Shown here one piece after another: positions 12,433 through 23,779 of a stretch of 64,000 nt of DNA (positions are counted from its first letter, which is position 1; each line of letters begins with the position of its first letter). Made by a program: the position numbers and the translations under genes. Location: assembly GCF_006345805.1 (NCBI RefSeq), contig NC_043019.1, positions 11,097,360 through 11,161,359 of the forward strand, written 5' to 3'. Below the pieces are notes generated by a model. That model saw nothing but the letters and a program-made list of their open reading frames with translations. It was not told where the DNA came from and made no database searches. This DNA comes from Octopus sinensis. Lineage: Eukaryota.

Positions 12433-12959
12433 GACCCCCAGTGTTTCACTGGTACTTAATTTATTGACCCCGATAGGATGGATGAAAGGCAAAGTTGACC
12501 TTGGCAGAATCTAAATTCAGAACAGAGTGACAGATGAAATACTGCAAAGGAATTCCCCTCGCATGCTAACAATTCTGCCAACTTGCCGCCTTGATTAAAT
12601 AAAAAATGATAATAAAGCTGAAGTGGAGAATGAATGTATAAGTGCAGGGTTATTTTTTTGGCAAAAAAAAAAAAGACCCCAAAAACCCAAGTAACTATCC
12701 TGAAATATAACAATATCTGTTTCCACACATGACTTCCCATCAGGAATCTTGCAAAGCAGATACATAAACATAATTGGATCTACACTCCCATAATAAAAGG
12801 TCAAAACAACCTGAGCCTGCCATCAGAAAGGCAGTGAATTTTCAGAATGACACTATACCTCCAGAAAGGCAGTGAACCTTCAGAAAGGCAGTGAACCATT
12901 TGTAAGATCCCACCATACCTAGCAACTGGCCTTTCACAATTGTGAATCGTATATGTTTT

Positions 12960-13385
12960 ATCTTTAACTTGCTTCACTCATTAGACTGCAGCCATGCTGG
13001 AGCAACACTTTGATGAATTTTTAGTTGAATGAATCGACCCCTGTGCTATTTTTTTTTTATGGGACTGGTACTTATTCTATTGGTCTCTTTTTGCGGAACT
13101 GTTAAGTTACAGGAATGTAAACACACCAACACCAGCTGTGAAGTGGTGGGTGGGGGACAGACACAGACACAAAGATACACATGCACATGTATATACACAC
13201 ACACATACACACACACACACACTTATATACATATATGATGGAGTTCTTTCAGTTTCCATCTACCAAATCCATTCACAAGACTTTGGTCAGCCCGAGGCTA
13301 TAGTAGAAGACACTTGCCCAAGGCGGCATGCAGTGGGGCTGAACCTGGAACCATATGGTTGGGAAGCAAACTTCTTACCCTACGG

Positions 13386-13400
<15 letters not shown>
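12960..13400 (-). mobile_element. SINE B
   Basis: Reverse complement of the family B head, core and tail. Confidence 0.85.
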
Positions 13401-13423
<23 letters not shown>

Positions 13424-13660
13424 ACAGACATAGATACGTAAGATGGGCTTCTTTCAGCTTCCATCTACTAAATCCACTCACAAAGGCTTTGGCTGGTCTG
13501 AGTCTATAGTATAAGACACTGGCCCAAGGTGCCACGGTGTGTGACTGAATCCAAAACCAACAGGAAGGTCATGTGAGGGTTAGCAACATCCAGCCATAGA
13601 AAATCTGCCTCAGCAAATTCCATCTGCACCATGCAGGTATCGGATCGTATCAAACCATCC

Positions 13661-14063
13661 TATTTCTTTACTACCCACAAGGGACTAAACACAGAGGGGT
13701 CAAACAAGGACAGACAAACGGATTAAGCCGATTTCATAGACCCCAGTGCATAACTGGTACTTAATTTATCGACCTTGAAATGATGAAAGGCAAAGTCGAC
13801 CTTTGAACTCAGAATGTAATGGGCAGACGAAATACTGATTTCTTTACTACCCACAAGGGGCTAAACACAGAGGGGTCAAACAAGGACAGACAAACGGATT
13901 AAGCTGATTACATCGACCCCAGTGCATAACTGGTACTTAATTTATTGACCTTGAAATGATGAAAGGCAAAGTCGACCTTTGAACTCAGAATGTAACGGGC
14001 AGACGAAATACTGCTAAGCATTTCGCCCCGGCATGCTAACGTTTCTGCCAGCTCGCCACCTTA
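13661..14063 (-). mobile_element. SINE C with internal ~176-bp tandem duplication and 12-bp TSD
   Basis: atcaaaccatcc at 13649-13660 and 14064-14075; the two sub-copies share the deletion gtcgacc^tttgaactc. Confidence 0.9.
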
Positions 14064-14099
14064 ATCAAACCATCCATCCAGCCCAAGTCAACACGGAAT

Positions 14100-14489
14100 G
14101 GAATGGAAGCACTCCGTCGGTTACGACGACGAGGGTTCCGGTTGATCCGAATCAACGGAACAGCCTGCTCGTGAAATTAACGTGTAAGTGGCTGAGCACT
14201 CCACAGACACGTGTACCCTTAACGTAGTTCTCGGGGATATTCAGCGTGACACAGAGAGTGACAAGGCCGGCCCTTTGAAATACAGGTACAACAGAAACAG
14301 GAAGTACGAGTGAGAGAAAGTTGTGGTGAAAGAGTACAGCAGGGATCACCACCATCCCCTGCTGGAGCCTCGTGGAGCTTTTAGGTGTTTTCGCTCAATA
14401 AACACTCACAACGCCCGGCCTGGGAATCAAAACCGCGATCCTATGACTGCGAGTCCGCTGCCCTAACCACTGGGCCATTGCGCCTCCAC
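14100..14489 (-). mobile_element. SINE family D, tail type 1, full length with 12-bp TSD
   Basis: tcaacacggaat at 14088-14099 and 14490-14501. The minus-strand head GTGGAGGCGCAATGGCCCAGTGGTTAGGGCAGCGGACTCGC...GGTTTTGATTCCC carries A and B boxes; (TTCCA)n tail. Confidence 0.9.
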
Positions 14490-15040
14490 TCAACACGGAA
14501 TATGGACATTAAATGATGATAATGATGATGTGTTTGCTGATAAGTTGTTCTCTTGAGAGTTAGATTAAGGCCAGCTAATGCCCTAAGCACAACCCAGTAG
14601 CATCCTCGAATCTGTAATTCATCCTGAAACTGACTAGAGACATCGAGATATGATTAATACCGAATACAAAGCAAAAAGATTAAGACACTTGTCCTAGACA
14701 TCTCCCCAGGCCAGACTCCAGTAAATACCTTGAATAATAACCTGTTATTTAATCATATTTCTTTAATCCTAAACATCAGTAAATAAATAATATGTCACTT
14801 ATCTTCTATCTTTTATCGTTTACTTGTTTCAATCATTGGACTGCAGCCATCCTGGGCCACCACCTTGAAGGGTTTTAGTCAAACAAATCGACCCCAGTAC
14901 ACATGATTTTATTTTTTTAAAGACGGTACTTATTGTATTGATCTTTTTATGCTGAACACCTAAGTTACAGGGATGTGAACACACCAACACTGGTTGTCAA
15001 GTAGTGATGCTGGGAACAAACATAAACCCATACATATCAG

Positions 15041-15081
<41 letters not shown>

Positions 15082-15094
15082 ATCTATCTATCTA

Positions 15095-15156
<62 letters not shown>

Positions 15157-15158
<2 letters not shown>

Positions 15159-15276
15159 TTATTCTTATACAAGAATTTTGTTGACTGTAACTTTGAAGCT
15201 TTTGGCAGCCCGATGACAGCTTAACTGGCCTAAACTTCAAAGTCACTGTCAACAACATTCTTGTGTAAGAATAATA
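15157..15276. repeat. Long hairpin / tiny MITE-like inverted repeat
   Basis: 42-nt arms with 4 differences and a 36-nt spacer. Confidence 0.85.
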
Positions 15277-15504
15277 AAGTTGCCCTCTACAAAAGTACAG
15301 ACTAACCCATCAGATTAATGTAAAATTGTTTTTATTATAATTAAACATAAAAACAAGCAATATTTATCTATTTATCTATCAGTTATAATTAAATAATAAG
15401 GGTTAAAAATTGAATATTAATTTGATTAATATCAATTTAAAACCAGTCTACATCTAGCATAATGGATGTCCACTTAGTGGTCATCCCTCTTATATGTATC
15501 TATC

Positions 15505-15519
15505 AGCTATATATATATA

Positions 15520-15575
<56 letters not shown>

Positions 15576-15953
15576 GTGTGTGTGTGTATGTGTATATGTA
15601 TATATATGTATGTATGTATATGTATGTGTATATGTATATATATATGTATATATATATATATGTATATGTATCTTTATATATACACACATACATACATATA
15701 CATATATATGTATATGTACACACATAAATGTACGTATATATATATACATGCATATAATGTATATATGCCAAACCAGATAACACCACACCATACCATGCCA
15801 ATATCAAAAATACTGGTATCTAAGGCAGACAATATGATCTACATATATATCTATGTCTATGTATGTATGTATGTATATGTATGTATGTATGTATGTATGC
15901 ATGTATGTATGTATGTATGTATGTATGTATGTATGTATGTATATATATATATA

Positions 15954-16042
<89 letters not shown>

Positions 16043-16062
16043 TATATATATATGTATGTATG

Positions 16063-16094
<32 letters not shown>

Positions 16095-16100
16095 CATATA
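15505..16100. repeat. (TA)/(TATG)n compound microsatellite
   Basis: Directly visible. Confidence 0.95.
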
Positions 16101-16514
16101 TACAATATCAGGAATTACAAAAAACATATCACCAACAGAAAGTGAAACAAAATCATTTCATTATTGCTGGCATTTTCCATATTTACAGTGAAGTCCGACT
16201 AAAATAGTTTCCGTCTGTATGTCACCGCGACATTGATGCTGGTGGTGGTGGGGGGGAGTGGGTAGGCAGGGTGGGAGGGCATATACTGCTCACAATTAGT
16301 GAGAACATCGATTGGATGTTTAAATGGGCTTGTTTTTCCCCACCCTCCCCTCTTCTCTACAAACTGATTTTAGATTTGCTGCTGTTGTTGCTGCTGTTGT
16401 TGTTGTTCTCTAGATTCTTCTCTTTTCCTCTTCTTTTTTTTTTACTGATTTTTTGCTTTTACTTTCACTTTCTTGATTTTTTTTTCCTTTCTTCTTTCGT
16501 ATTTGTTTTCCCTT

Positions 16515-16569
16515 TTTCCTTCTTCTTCTTCTTCTTCTTCTTCTTCTTCTTCTTCTTCTTCTTCTTTTC

Positions 16570-16614
<45 letters not shown>

Positions 16615-16618
16615 TTCT

Positions 16619-16650
<32 letters not shown>

Positions 16651-16730
16651 TTCTTTTCTTCATCATCATCATCATCTTCTTCTTCTTCTTCTTCTTCTTC
16701 TTCTTCTTCTTCTTCTTCTTCTCTTCCTTC
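16515..16730. repeat. (TTC)n/(ATC)n array
   Basis: Directly visible. Confidence 0.95.
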
Positions 16731-17300
16731 TTCACTGTTTTTTTCTTTTTTTCTTCATATTTTTCACCACCACCACCACCATCATCGTCACCCACCATCA
16801 ACTCTTTCTCTCTCTTTCTCTCTCCTTCTCCCCCTTCTCTCTCCACGTCTGCTCCACTTCATTCGGCCCACATGACATAAGCATAAACACACAGGCATAA
16901 ATTATTGTCTATGCTGTATAGGTGTGCATGCGTGCGTATATGCCCATGTTTTGTGTGTGTATGTGTGTGTGCATGTGTGCGTGTGTGTATAACTATATAT
17001 ATATATATATATATATATGAAAGTTATACATGTGAATACATACACCCTAACACACACACCACGCACATATTTATATATCATCATCATCATCATCATCATC
17101 ATTACCACTGTCACCAGCATCACCACCACCACCACCACCACCACCACCACCACCACACTACCGTCATCATTGTCATCATCATCACTATCACCGCCCTTAC
17201 CACTACCGCCACCATACCCCCTCCCCCTCAACATTTTTATATCAGTCTCTTTCGATGTTAGAATTTGTTTGTTGCATCTTTCAATCAGCAGCAAATAATC

Positions 17301-17520
17301 ACAATCATTCATCATCTATCACAATCATTCATCATCTATCACAATCATTCATCATCTATCACAATCATTCATCATCTATCACAATCATTCATCATCTATC
17401 ACAATCATTCATCATCTATCACAATCATTCATCATCTATCACAATCATTCATCATCTATCACAATCATTCATCATCTATCACAATCATTCATCATCTATC
17501 ACAATCATTCATCATCTATC
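17301..17520. repeat. Perfect 20-bp minisatellite (ACAATCATTCATCATCTATC) x11
   Basis: Eleven identical units in register, plus a partial unit. Confidence 0.95.
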
Positions 17521-17811
17521 ACAATCATTATTCATCCATCACACACACACACAACAATACTGACAGTGAGCAACTTTGATTTTCATTGTTTTTCTACACA
17601 TTTTTTGGGGCTTTTTGTTTTTATTATACAAAGCTGACCACCACCACTGAACCGTTCCCTGCCAGGTGTAAATCATTGCCTTTGATCTTTGATTTGTTTC
17701 AGTCATGGGACTACGACCATGCTGGGATACCACCTTGAAGGGCTTCGTTGAAGGAATCAACCCTAATTCTTAATTTGTAAACCTGGTTCTTTTTCTGTTG
17801 GGGTCCTTTGC

Positions 17812-18030
17812 CAGTCCAGGGTTTACCCTGGGTTTCTTTATATATCAATGACTTGTTTGTTGCCAGGACAACTGATGATGAGCATAAAAAACATCTGCAG
17901 CTAATTTTCAATCATCTTTCTCACTATGGCTTTTACATCAACCTCAGTAAATGCCTTTTCCCTGCTTCTTCTTTAGATTTTCTGGGACACCATATCGATG
18001 AAGGAAAGTATTTACCCTCCAGACCATCGA
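17812..18030 (+). mobile_element. Ty3/Gypsy LTR-retrotransposon RT fragment
   Basis: VQGLPWVSLYINDLFVARTTDDEHKKHLQLIFNHLSHYGFYINLSKCLFPASSLDFLGHHI matches Gypsy RT motifs (YIDD degraded to YIND, then KC..., FLGH). Confidence 0.85.
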
Positions 18031-18037
18031 GTTTTTC

Positions 18038-18557
18038 TTTAGATTTTCATATAGATGAAGGAAGGTATTTGCCCTCCAGACAAGAGAGTTAACCCTTTAG
18101 ATTTTCATATAGATGAAGGAAAGTATTTGCCCTTCAGACAAGAGAGTTAACCCTTTAGATTTTCATATAGATGAAGGAAGGTATTTGCCCTTCAGACAAG
18201 AGAGTTAACCCTTTAGATTTTCATATAGATGAAGGAAGGTATTTGCCCTCCAGACAAGAGAGTTCTTCTTTAGATTTTCATGTAGACGAAGGAAGGTATT
18301 TGCCCTCCAGACAAGAGAGTTAACCCTTTAGATTTTCATATAGATGAAGGAAGGTATTTGCCCTCCAGACAAGAGAGTTAACCCTTTAGATTTTCACATA
18401 GATGAAGGAAGGTATTTGCCCTCCAGACAAGAGAGTTAACCCTTTAGATTTTCATGTACATGAGGGATGGTATTTGCCCTCCAGACAAGAGAGTTCTTCT
18501 TTAGATTTTCATATAGATGAAGGAAAGTATTTGCCCTCCAGACATGAGAATTAACCG
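18038..18557. repeat. ~58-bp minisatellite, 9 copies
   Basis: Unit tttagattttcatatagatgaaggaaggtatttgccctccagacaagagagttaaccc; two units end in gagttcttc. Confidence 0.95.
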
Positions 18558-18771
18558 TTTAGCATTTAAACTGACCATATCCAACCAAAATATTCTTATT
18601 TTATGTTGAAACCAGCCAGATCTGGCTTCCCACACCTACCCTACAATGTCACTCTAAAAATAAACAATCTTGTCATCTCAAAATCTTGAACCTACAAGAT
18701 AACACATGATTAATTTAGATAATGTGAATGAATAAGCATTATATTTAATAGAAAAATCTAATGCTAAAGGG
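18555..18771 (+). mobile_element. piggyBac-like MITE (~217 bp)
   Basis: TTAA|CCGTTTAGCATT ... AATGCTAAAGGG|TTAA; related copies at 41289-41507 and 41987-42205. Confidence 0.85.
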
Positions 18772-18920
18772 TTAAATCAATTTTAGGTTTTCCTACTCCT
18801 TGCTTCCTTTATCAGCCTGATCAGTATTTATTGCCCAAGGTGTCATACAATGGAACTGAACCTGGAACCATGTGGATTGGGAGCAAGCTTCTTAACACAC
18901 GACCATATATATAGTGAGAA

Positions 18921-18978
<58 letters not shown>

Positions 18979-19362
18979 ATATAGACAGAGAGAGAAAAAT
19001 ATATATGATATGTACATATATATATATAGCCACAGGCATGACTGTGTGGTAAGATGCTTACTTCCCAACCACATGGTTCTGGGTTCAGTCCCACAGCATG
19101 GCACCTTGGGCAAGTGTCTTCTACAATAGCTTTGGACTGACCAAAGCCTTGTCAGTGGATTTAGTACATCATATTTCTATGTTTGTGTCTCTTGACAACT
19201 GGTGTTGGTTTGTTTACGACCCCACCATAATTTAGCGGTTCCGCAAAAGAGAATGATGGAATAAGTATCAGGCTTAAAAAAAAGAGTAAATAAGTATTGA
19301 GGTTAATACATTTGGCTAAAGAATTCTTGAAGGTGGTGCCCCAGCATGGCCACTGTCTAATG

Positions 19363-19515
19363 AGTGATGGCTGTGTGGTTAGAAGCTTACTTCCCAATCA
19401 CATGATTCCAGGTTCAGTCCCTCTGCATGGCACCTTGAACAGGTGTCTTCTACTATAGCCTCGGACCAACCAAAGCCTCATGAGTGGATTTGGTAGATGG
19501 AAACTAAAAGAAGCC

Positions 19516-19520
<5 letters not shown>
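19363..19520 (+). mobile_element. SINE B, 5' half (interrupted by RTE)
   Basis: Head and core up to aaagaagcccattg, then (TA)n; the 3' half resumes at 21589. Confidence 0.85.
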
Positions 19521-19559
<39 letters not shown>

Positions 19560-19590
<31 letters not shown>

Positions 19591-20805
19591 GTTTAGCGTC
19601 CGTTTTCCATGCTAGCATGGGTTGGACGGTTCTACTGGGGTCTGTGAAGCCAGAAGGCTTCATCAGGCCCAGTCAAATCTGGCAGTGTTTCTACGGCTGG
19701 ATGCCCTTCCTAACGCCAACCACTCCGAGAGTGTAGTGGGTGCTTTTTACGTGCCACCCGCACAGGTGCCAGACAGAGCTGGCAAACGGCCATGAACGGA
19801 TGGTGCTTTTTATGTGCCACCGGCACGAGGGCCAGGCAAGGCTGGCAACGGACATGAAACGGGGCGGTGCTGGCAACGGTCGCGAAACGGAAGGTTCTCT
19901 TACATGCCACCGGCACTGGTAACACATCTGCAATTTCCATTGATCGATTTCTATTCTGATCCTCACTTGCCTCAACGGGTCTTCACAAGTAGAGTTTTGA
20001 CATGCCACCGGCACTGGTAACACATCTGCAATTTCCATTGATCGATTTCGATTCTGATCCTTACTTGCCTCAACAGGTCTTCACAAGTAGAGTTTTGTGT
20101 CCCAAGAAGGGAAGGTATGCATACGTAGGCCGGCTCCATCCCATGTAGAAGGCCACGGGTTATGGACTCATTTGTCCTGCCGGGTCTTCTCGCGCACAGC
20201 ACACTTCCAGAGGACTCGGTCGCTAGTCATTTCCTCAGTGAGACCTAAAGTTCAAAGGTCGTGCTTCACCACCTCGTCCCAGGTTTTCCTGGGTCTGCCT
20301 CTTCCACAGGTTCCCTCAACCGCTAGGGTGTGGCACTTTTTCACACAACTATCTTCATCCATTCTCGCCACATGACCATACCAGCGCAAACGTCTCTCTT
20401 GCACACCACAACTGATGCTTCTTAGGTCCAGCTTTTCTCTCAAAGTACTTACACTCTGCCGAGTGTGAGTACTGACATTACACATCCATCGGAGCATACT
20501 GGCTTCATTTCTTGTGAGCTTACGCATATCCTCAGCAGTCACGGCCCATGTTTCACTGCCATGTAGCATGGCTGTTCGTACACACGCATCATACAGTCTG
20601 CCTTTCACTCTGTGCGAGAGGCCTTTTGTCACCAGCAGAGGTAAGAGCTCTCTGAACTTTGCCCAAGCTATTCTTACTCTAGCAGTTACACTTTCAGCAC
20701 ACCCACCCCCGCTGCTGACTTGGTCACCTAGGTAACGGAAACTATCAACTATTTCTAGTTTTTCTCCCTGGAAAGTGACGGAAGTTGGTCTCAGAGCATT
20801 TTCAG
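19560..20805 (-). mobile_element. Young RTE LINE, 3' segment (ORF C-terminus, 3' UTR, (GAT)n tail)
   Basis: Open ENALRPTSVTFQGEKLEIVDSFRYLGD...AMLHGSETW...RRLRWYGHVARM...GRGRPRKTWDEVV; 98-bp tandem duplication in the UTR (19903/20001). Confidence 0.95.
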
Positions 20806-21588
20806 AGGTATCAAGCTGTTGGATCAGGTGATGAAGGTTACGGAGAGGGTCATAGCCCAACTGATTAGAGAGAGAGTTAGTTTAGATGAGATGCAGTTTG
20901 GGTTTGTGCCAGGGAAATGTACTACTGATGCTATATTCCTGGTAAGGCAGCTGCAGGAGAAATACCTAGCCAAAGATAAGCCCCTGTACCTGGCTTTTGT
21001 TGACATGGAGAAAGCCTTCGACAGGGTCCCCCGATCCCTTATCTGGTGGGCAATGAGGAAACTAGGGATAGATGAATGGTTAGTGAGAGCTGTGCGGGCT
21101 ATGTATAGGGATGCTGCTAGTAGGGTGAGGGTTGGAAACGAGTACAGTGAAGAATTCCGGGTAGAGGTAGGGGTCCACCAAGGCTCAGCCCCCTCCTATT
21201 TATCATAGTCCTCCAGGCAATAACGGAGGAATTCAAGACAGGATGCCCTTGGGAGCTCCTCTATGCTGATGACCTTGCTCTAATTGCTGAGTCGCTATCA
21301 GAACTGGAGGAGAAGTTTCAGGTGTGGAAACAAGGATTAGAATCGAAGGGCCTCAGAGTCAACCTAGCTAAAACCAAAGTCGTAATCAGTAGGAAGGTAG
21401 ACAAATCACAAACGCCTTCAGGTAGATGGCCCTGCTCGATCTGTAGAAAAGGTGTAGGTAGAAACTCTATAAGATGCACCAAGTGTAAGCTATGGACACA
21501 TAAGAGGTGCAGCAATGTCAAAGGAAGGCTAACTAGGAAGATGGTTTTTGTATGTGGCAGATGCTCAGGAACAATAAACACTGAAAAT
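20803..21588 (+). mobile_element. Same RTE, inverted 5' segment (RT core)
   Basis: RGIKLLDQVMK...QFGFVPG...FVDMEKAFDRVP...GVHQGS, one frameshift, YADD at 21262-21273, LRVNLAKTKV, a Cys-rich motif, ending GTINTEN. Confidence 0.95.
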
Positions 21589-21840
21589 ATATATATATAT
21601 ATATATACATACACATATGAATGTTTGTGTGTCTGTGTTTGTCACCCCCAACCATTGCTTGACAACCGATGCTGGTGTGTTTACATCCCTGTAACCTAGC
21701 GGTTTGGCAAAAGGGACCGATAGAATAAGTACTAGGCTTGCAAAGAATAAGTCCTGGGGACGACGTTTCCGACTAAAAAAAAGGTGGCGCTCCAGCATGG
21801 CCACAGACAAATGACTGAAACAAGTGAAAGAGAATAAAAA
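21589..21840 (+). mobile_element. SINE B, 3' half
   Basis: (TA)n then tgtttgtgtgtctgtgtttgtcacc...ccagcatggccacagacaaatgactgaaacaag. Confidence 0.9.
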
Positions 21841-21871
21841 ATAAGAAATGTATGTATCTATGTGTGCATGT

Positions 21872-21910
<39 letters not shown>

Positions 21911-22189
21911 TGTGGGTATGTGTGTATGTGTATGATGTAAGCTTGTAGAAACCTTAAGCTCTTCTTCTGCCTGTCACCAGTCACTGTGACCTAATCTGAG
22001 GAGAGAGGGTAGAGGGGAGAGGAGAGAGGTCTGCGCTACAACAGATCAGACGGATGAGGGTGGCATGTGTTCTATTTATAGACATGATATCAATCTGAAA
22101 AACACAACTATATCAATCATATAACTCTTTATCGATTGAATGATTGATTGTTCTTAGATGCTGGTTGATGACATTCTGGAGGTGTTTTA

Positions 22190-23225
22190 TAGCGGTGGTT
22201 GTGGTGGTTGCAGTGGTGGTGTTTCTGGTGGTGGTGGTTGAAGTGGTGGTGTTTCTGGTGGTTGTGGTTGTGGTTGTGGTGGTGTTTGTGGTGGTGGTTA
22301 TGGTAATTGTTGAGGCAGTGGTGCTTGTGGTTGAGATGGTGGTTGTGGTGGAGGTTTTGGTGGTAGTGGTGCTTGTGGTGGTTGTGGTGGTGGTTGTGGT
22401 AGTGGTAGTGGTGAAGATTGTTGTGGTGATCGTGGTGGAGGTTTTGGTGGTGGTGGTGGTTGAAGCTGTGGTGGTGGTAGTGGTGGAGATTGTGGTGGTG
22501 GTAGTGGTAATGATGGTGGTGGTGGTTGTGGTGGAGGTTGTGGTTGGTGGTTGAGGTGATGGTGTTTGTGGTAGTGGTGAAGATTGTGGTGGTGATTGTG
22601 GTGGAGGTTTTTGTGGTGGTGGTGGTGGTAGTGGTGGTAGTGATGGAGATTGTGGTGGTGGTAGTGGTAGTGGTGGTGGTGGTGGTGGTGGTTCTGGTGG
22701 AGGTTGTGGTTGGTGGTTGAGGTGATGGTGTTTGTGGTAGTGGTAGTGGTGGTGGTGGTGGTGGTTGTGGTGGAGGTTGTGGTTGGTGGTTGAGGTGATG
22801 GTGTTTGTGGTAGTGGTTAAGATTGTAGTGATGGTTGTAGTGGTGATTGAGGTGGTTGTGGTAGAGATTGTAATGGAAGATGTATTGGAGGTTGTGGTGG
22901 TGGTGGTGGTGGTAGTGGTGTTTGTGGTAATAGTAGTAGTAATGGTGGTGGTGGTTATGGTGGATATTGTAGGGGCAGTGGTAGTGGTTGTAGTGTTGGT
23001 AGCAGTGGTGATGATGATGGTGGTGGTGATGGTGATGGTGATTGGTGGTGATTGGTGGTGGTGGCAGTGGTAGTGGTAATTGTGGTGGTAGCACTGTGGG
23101 TGGTTGTGGTGGTGATGGTGGTGGTGGTAGTGGTGTTTGTGGAGATTTTAATGGTTGTGGTGGTACTGGTGGTGATTGTTGTGGTGGTTATTGCAGGGGT
23201 GAGGTATTTGTGGTTGGTAGGTCGT
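22190..23225. repeat. ~1-kb (GGT/GTA/GTT) degenerate trinucleotide array
   Basis: Directly visible, with internal larger repeats (ggaggttgtggttggtggttgaggtgatggtgtttgtggtag x3). Confidence 0.95.
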
Positions 23226-23418
23226 GGTGGAGGTGGTAACTGTTTACACTTCAATAATGTCTTTTACAAAGAAATGACAATGGCTAAGGTAACCATGGTG
23301 ATGCTAATGGTATTTTGTTATTTTAGGGTCTAGTTTGAAAAACAAAGGAAGGGTTGATGGCATTGACTAACCCACATCCTTCAAAACTTTTGGGTTTTTG
23401 CATAAATCAGAAACCATT

Positions 23419-23470
<52 letters not shown>

Positions 23471-23519
23471 GCATCATTATTATTATTATTATTATTATTA
23501 TTTTTATTATATATTATTA

Positions 23520-23727
23520 TTAAGGTGGTGAGCTGGCAAAATCATTGGCATGTTGGGCGAAATACTTAATGGTAATTCACCCGTCACTATGTTCAAATTC
23601 TGCCAAGGTCAATTTTGCCTTTAATCCTTTCGGGGTCAATAGATTAAGTACCAGTGAAATACTGGGGTCAATAAAATTGATTTATCCCTTCTCGAAAAAA
23701 TGTTGCCAATGTGGCAAAATTTGAAAC

Positions 23728-23730
<3 letters not shown>
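23520..23730 (+). mobile_element. SINE C, degenerate
   Basis: taaggtggtgagctggcaaaatc...tttgcctttaatcctttcggggtcaatagattaagtaccag. Confidence 0.8.

Positions 23731-23779
<49 letters not shown>

Noticed and set aside
12820-12900. Three copies of cagaaaggcagtgaa
   Set aside because: A short local duplication with irregular spacing and no further structure.
14410-14489. tRNA gene calls for SINE heads (families B, C, D)
   Set aside because: A and B boxes are present, but the heads run into SINE bodies with tails and TSDs and lack a complete cloverleaf.
18038-18557. CRISPR-like appearance of the 58-bp array (also the 23-bp and 100-bp arrays)
   Set aside because: Units are contiguous with no unique spacers, there are no cas genes, and the context is eukaryotic.
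20252-20860. 202-aa ORF as an intact protein, and the element as autonomous
   Set aside because: The first ~18 residues are read-through across the inversion junction; the element lacks the endonuclease and has a frameshift near 21190.
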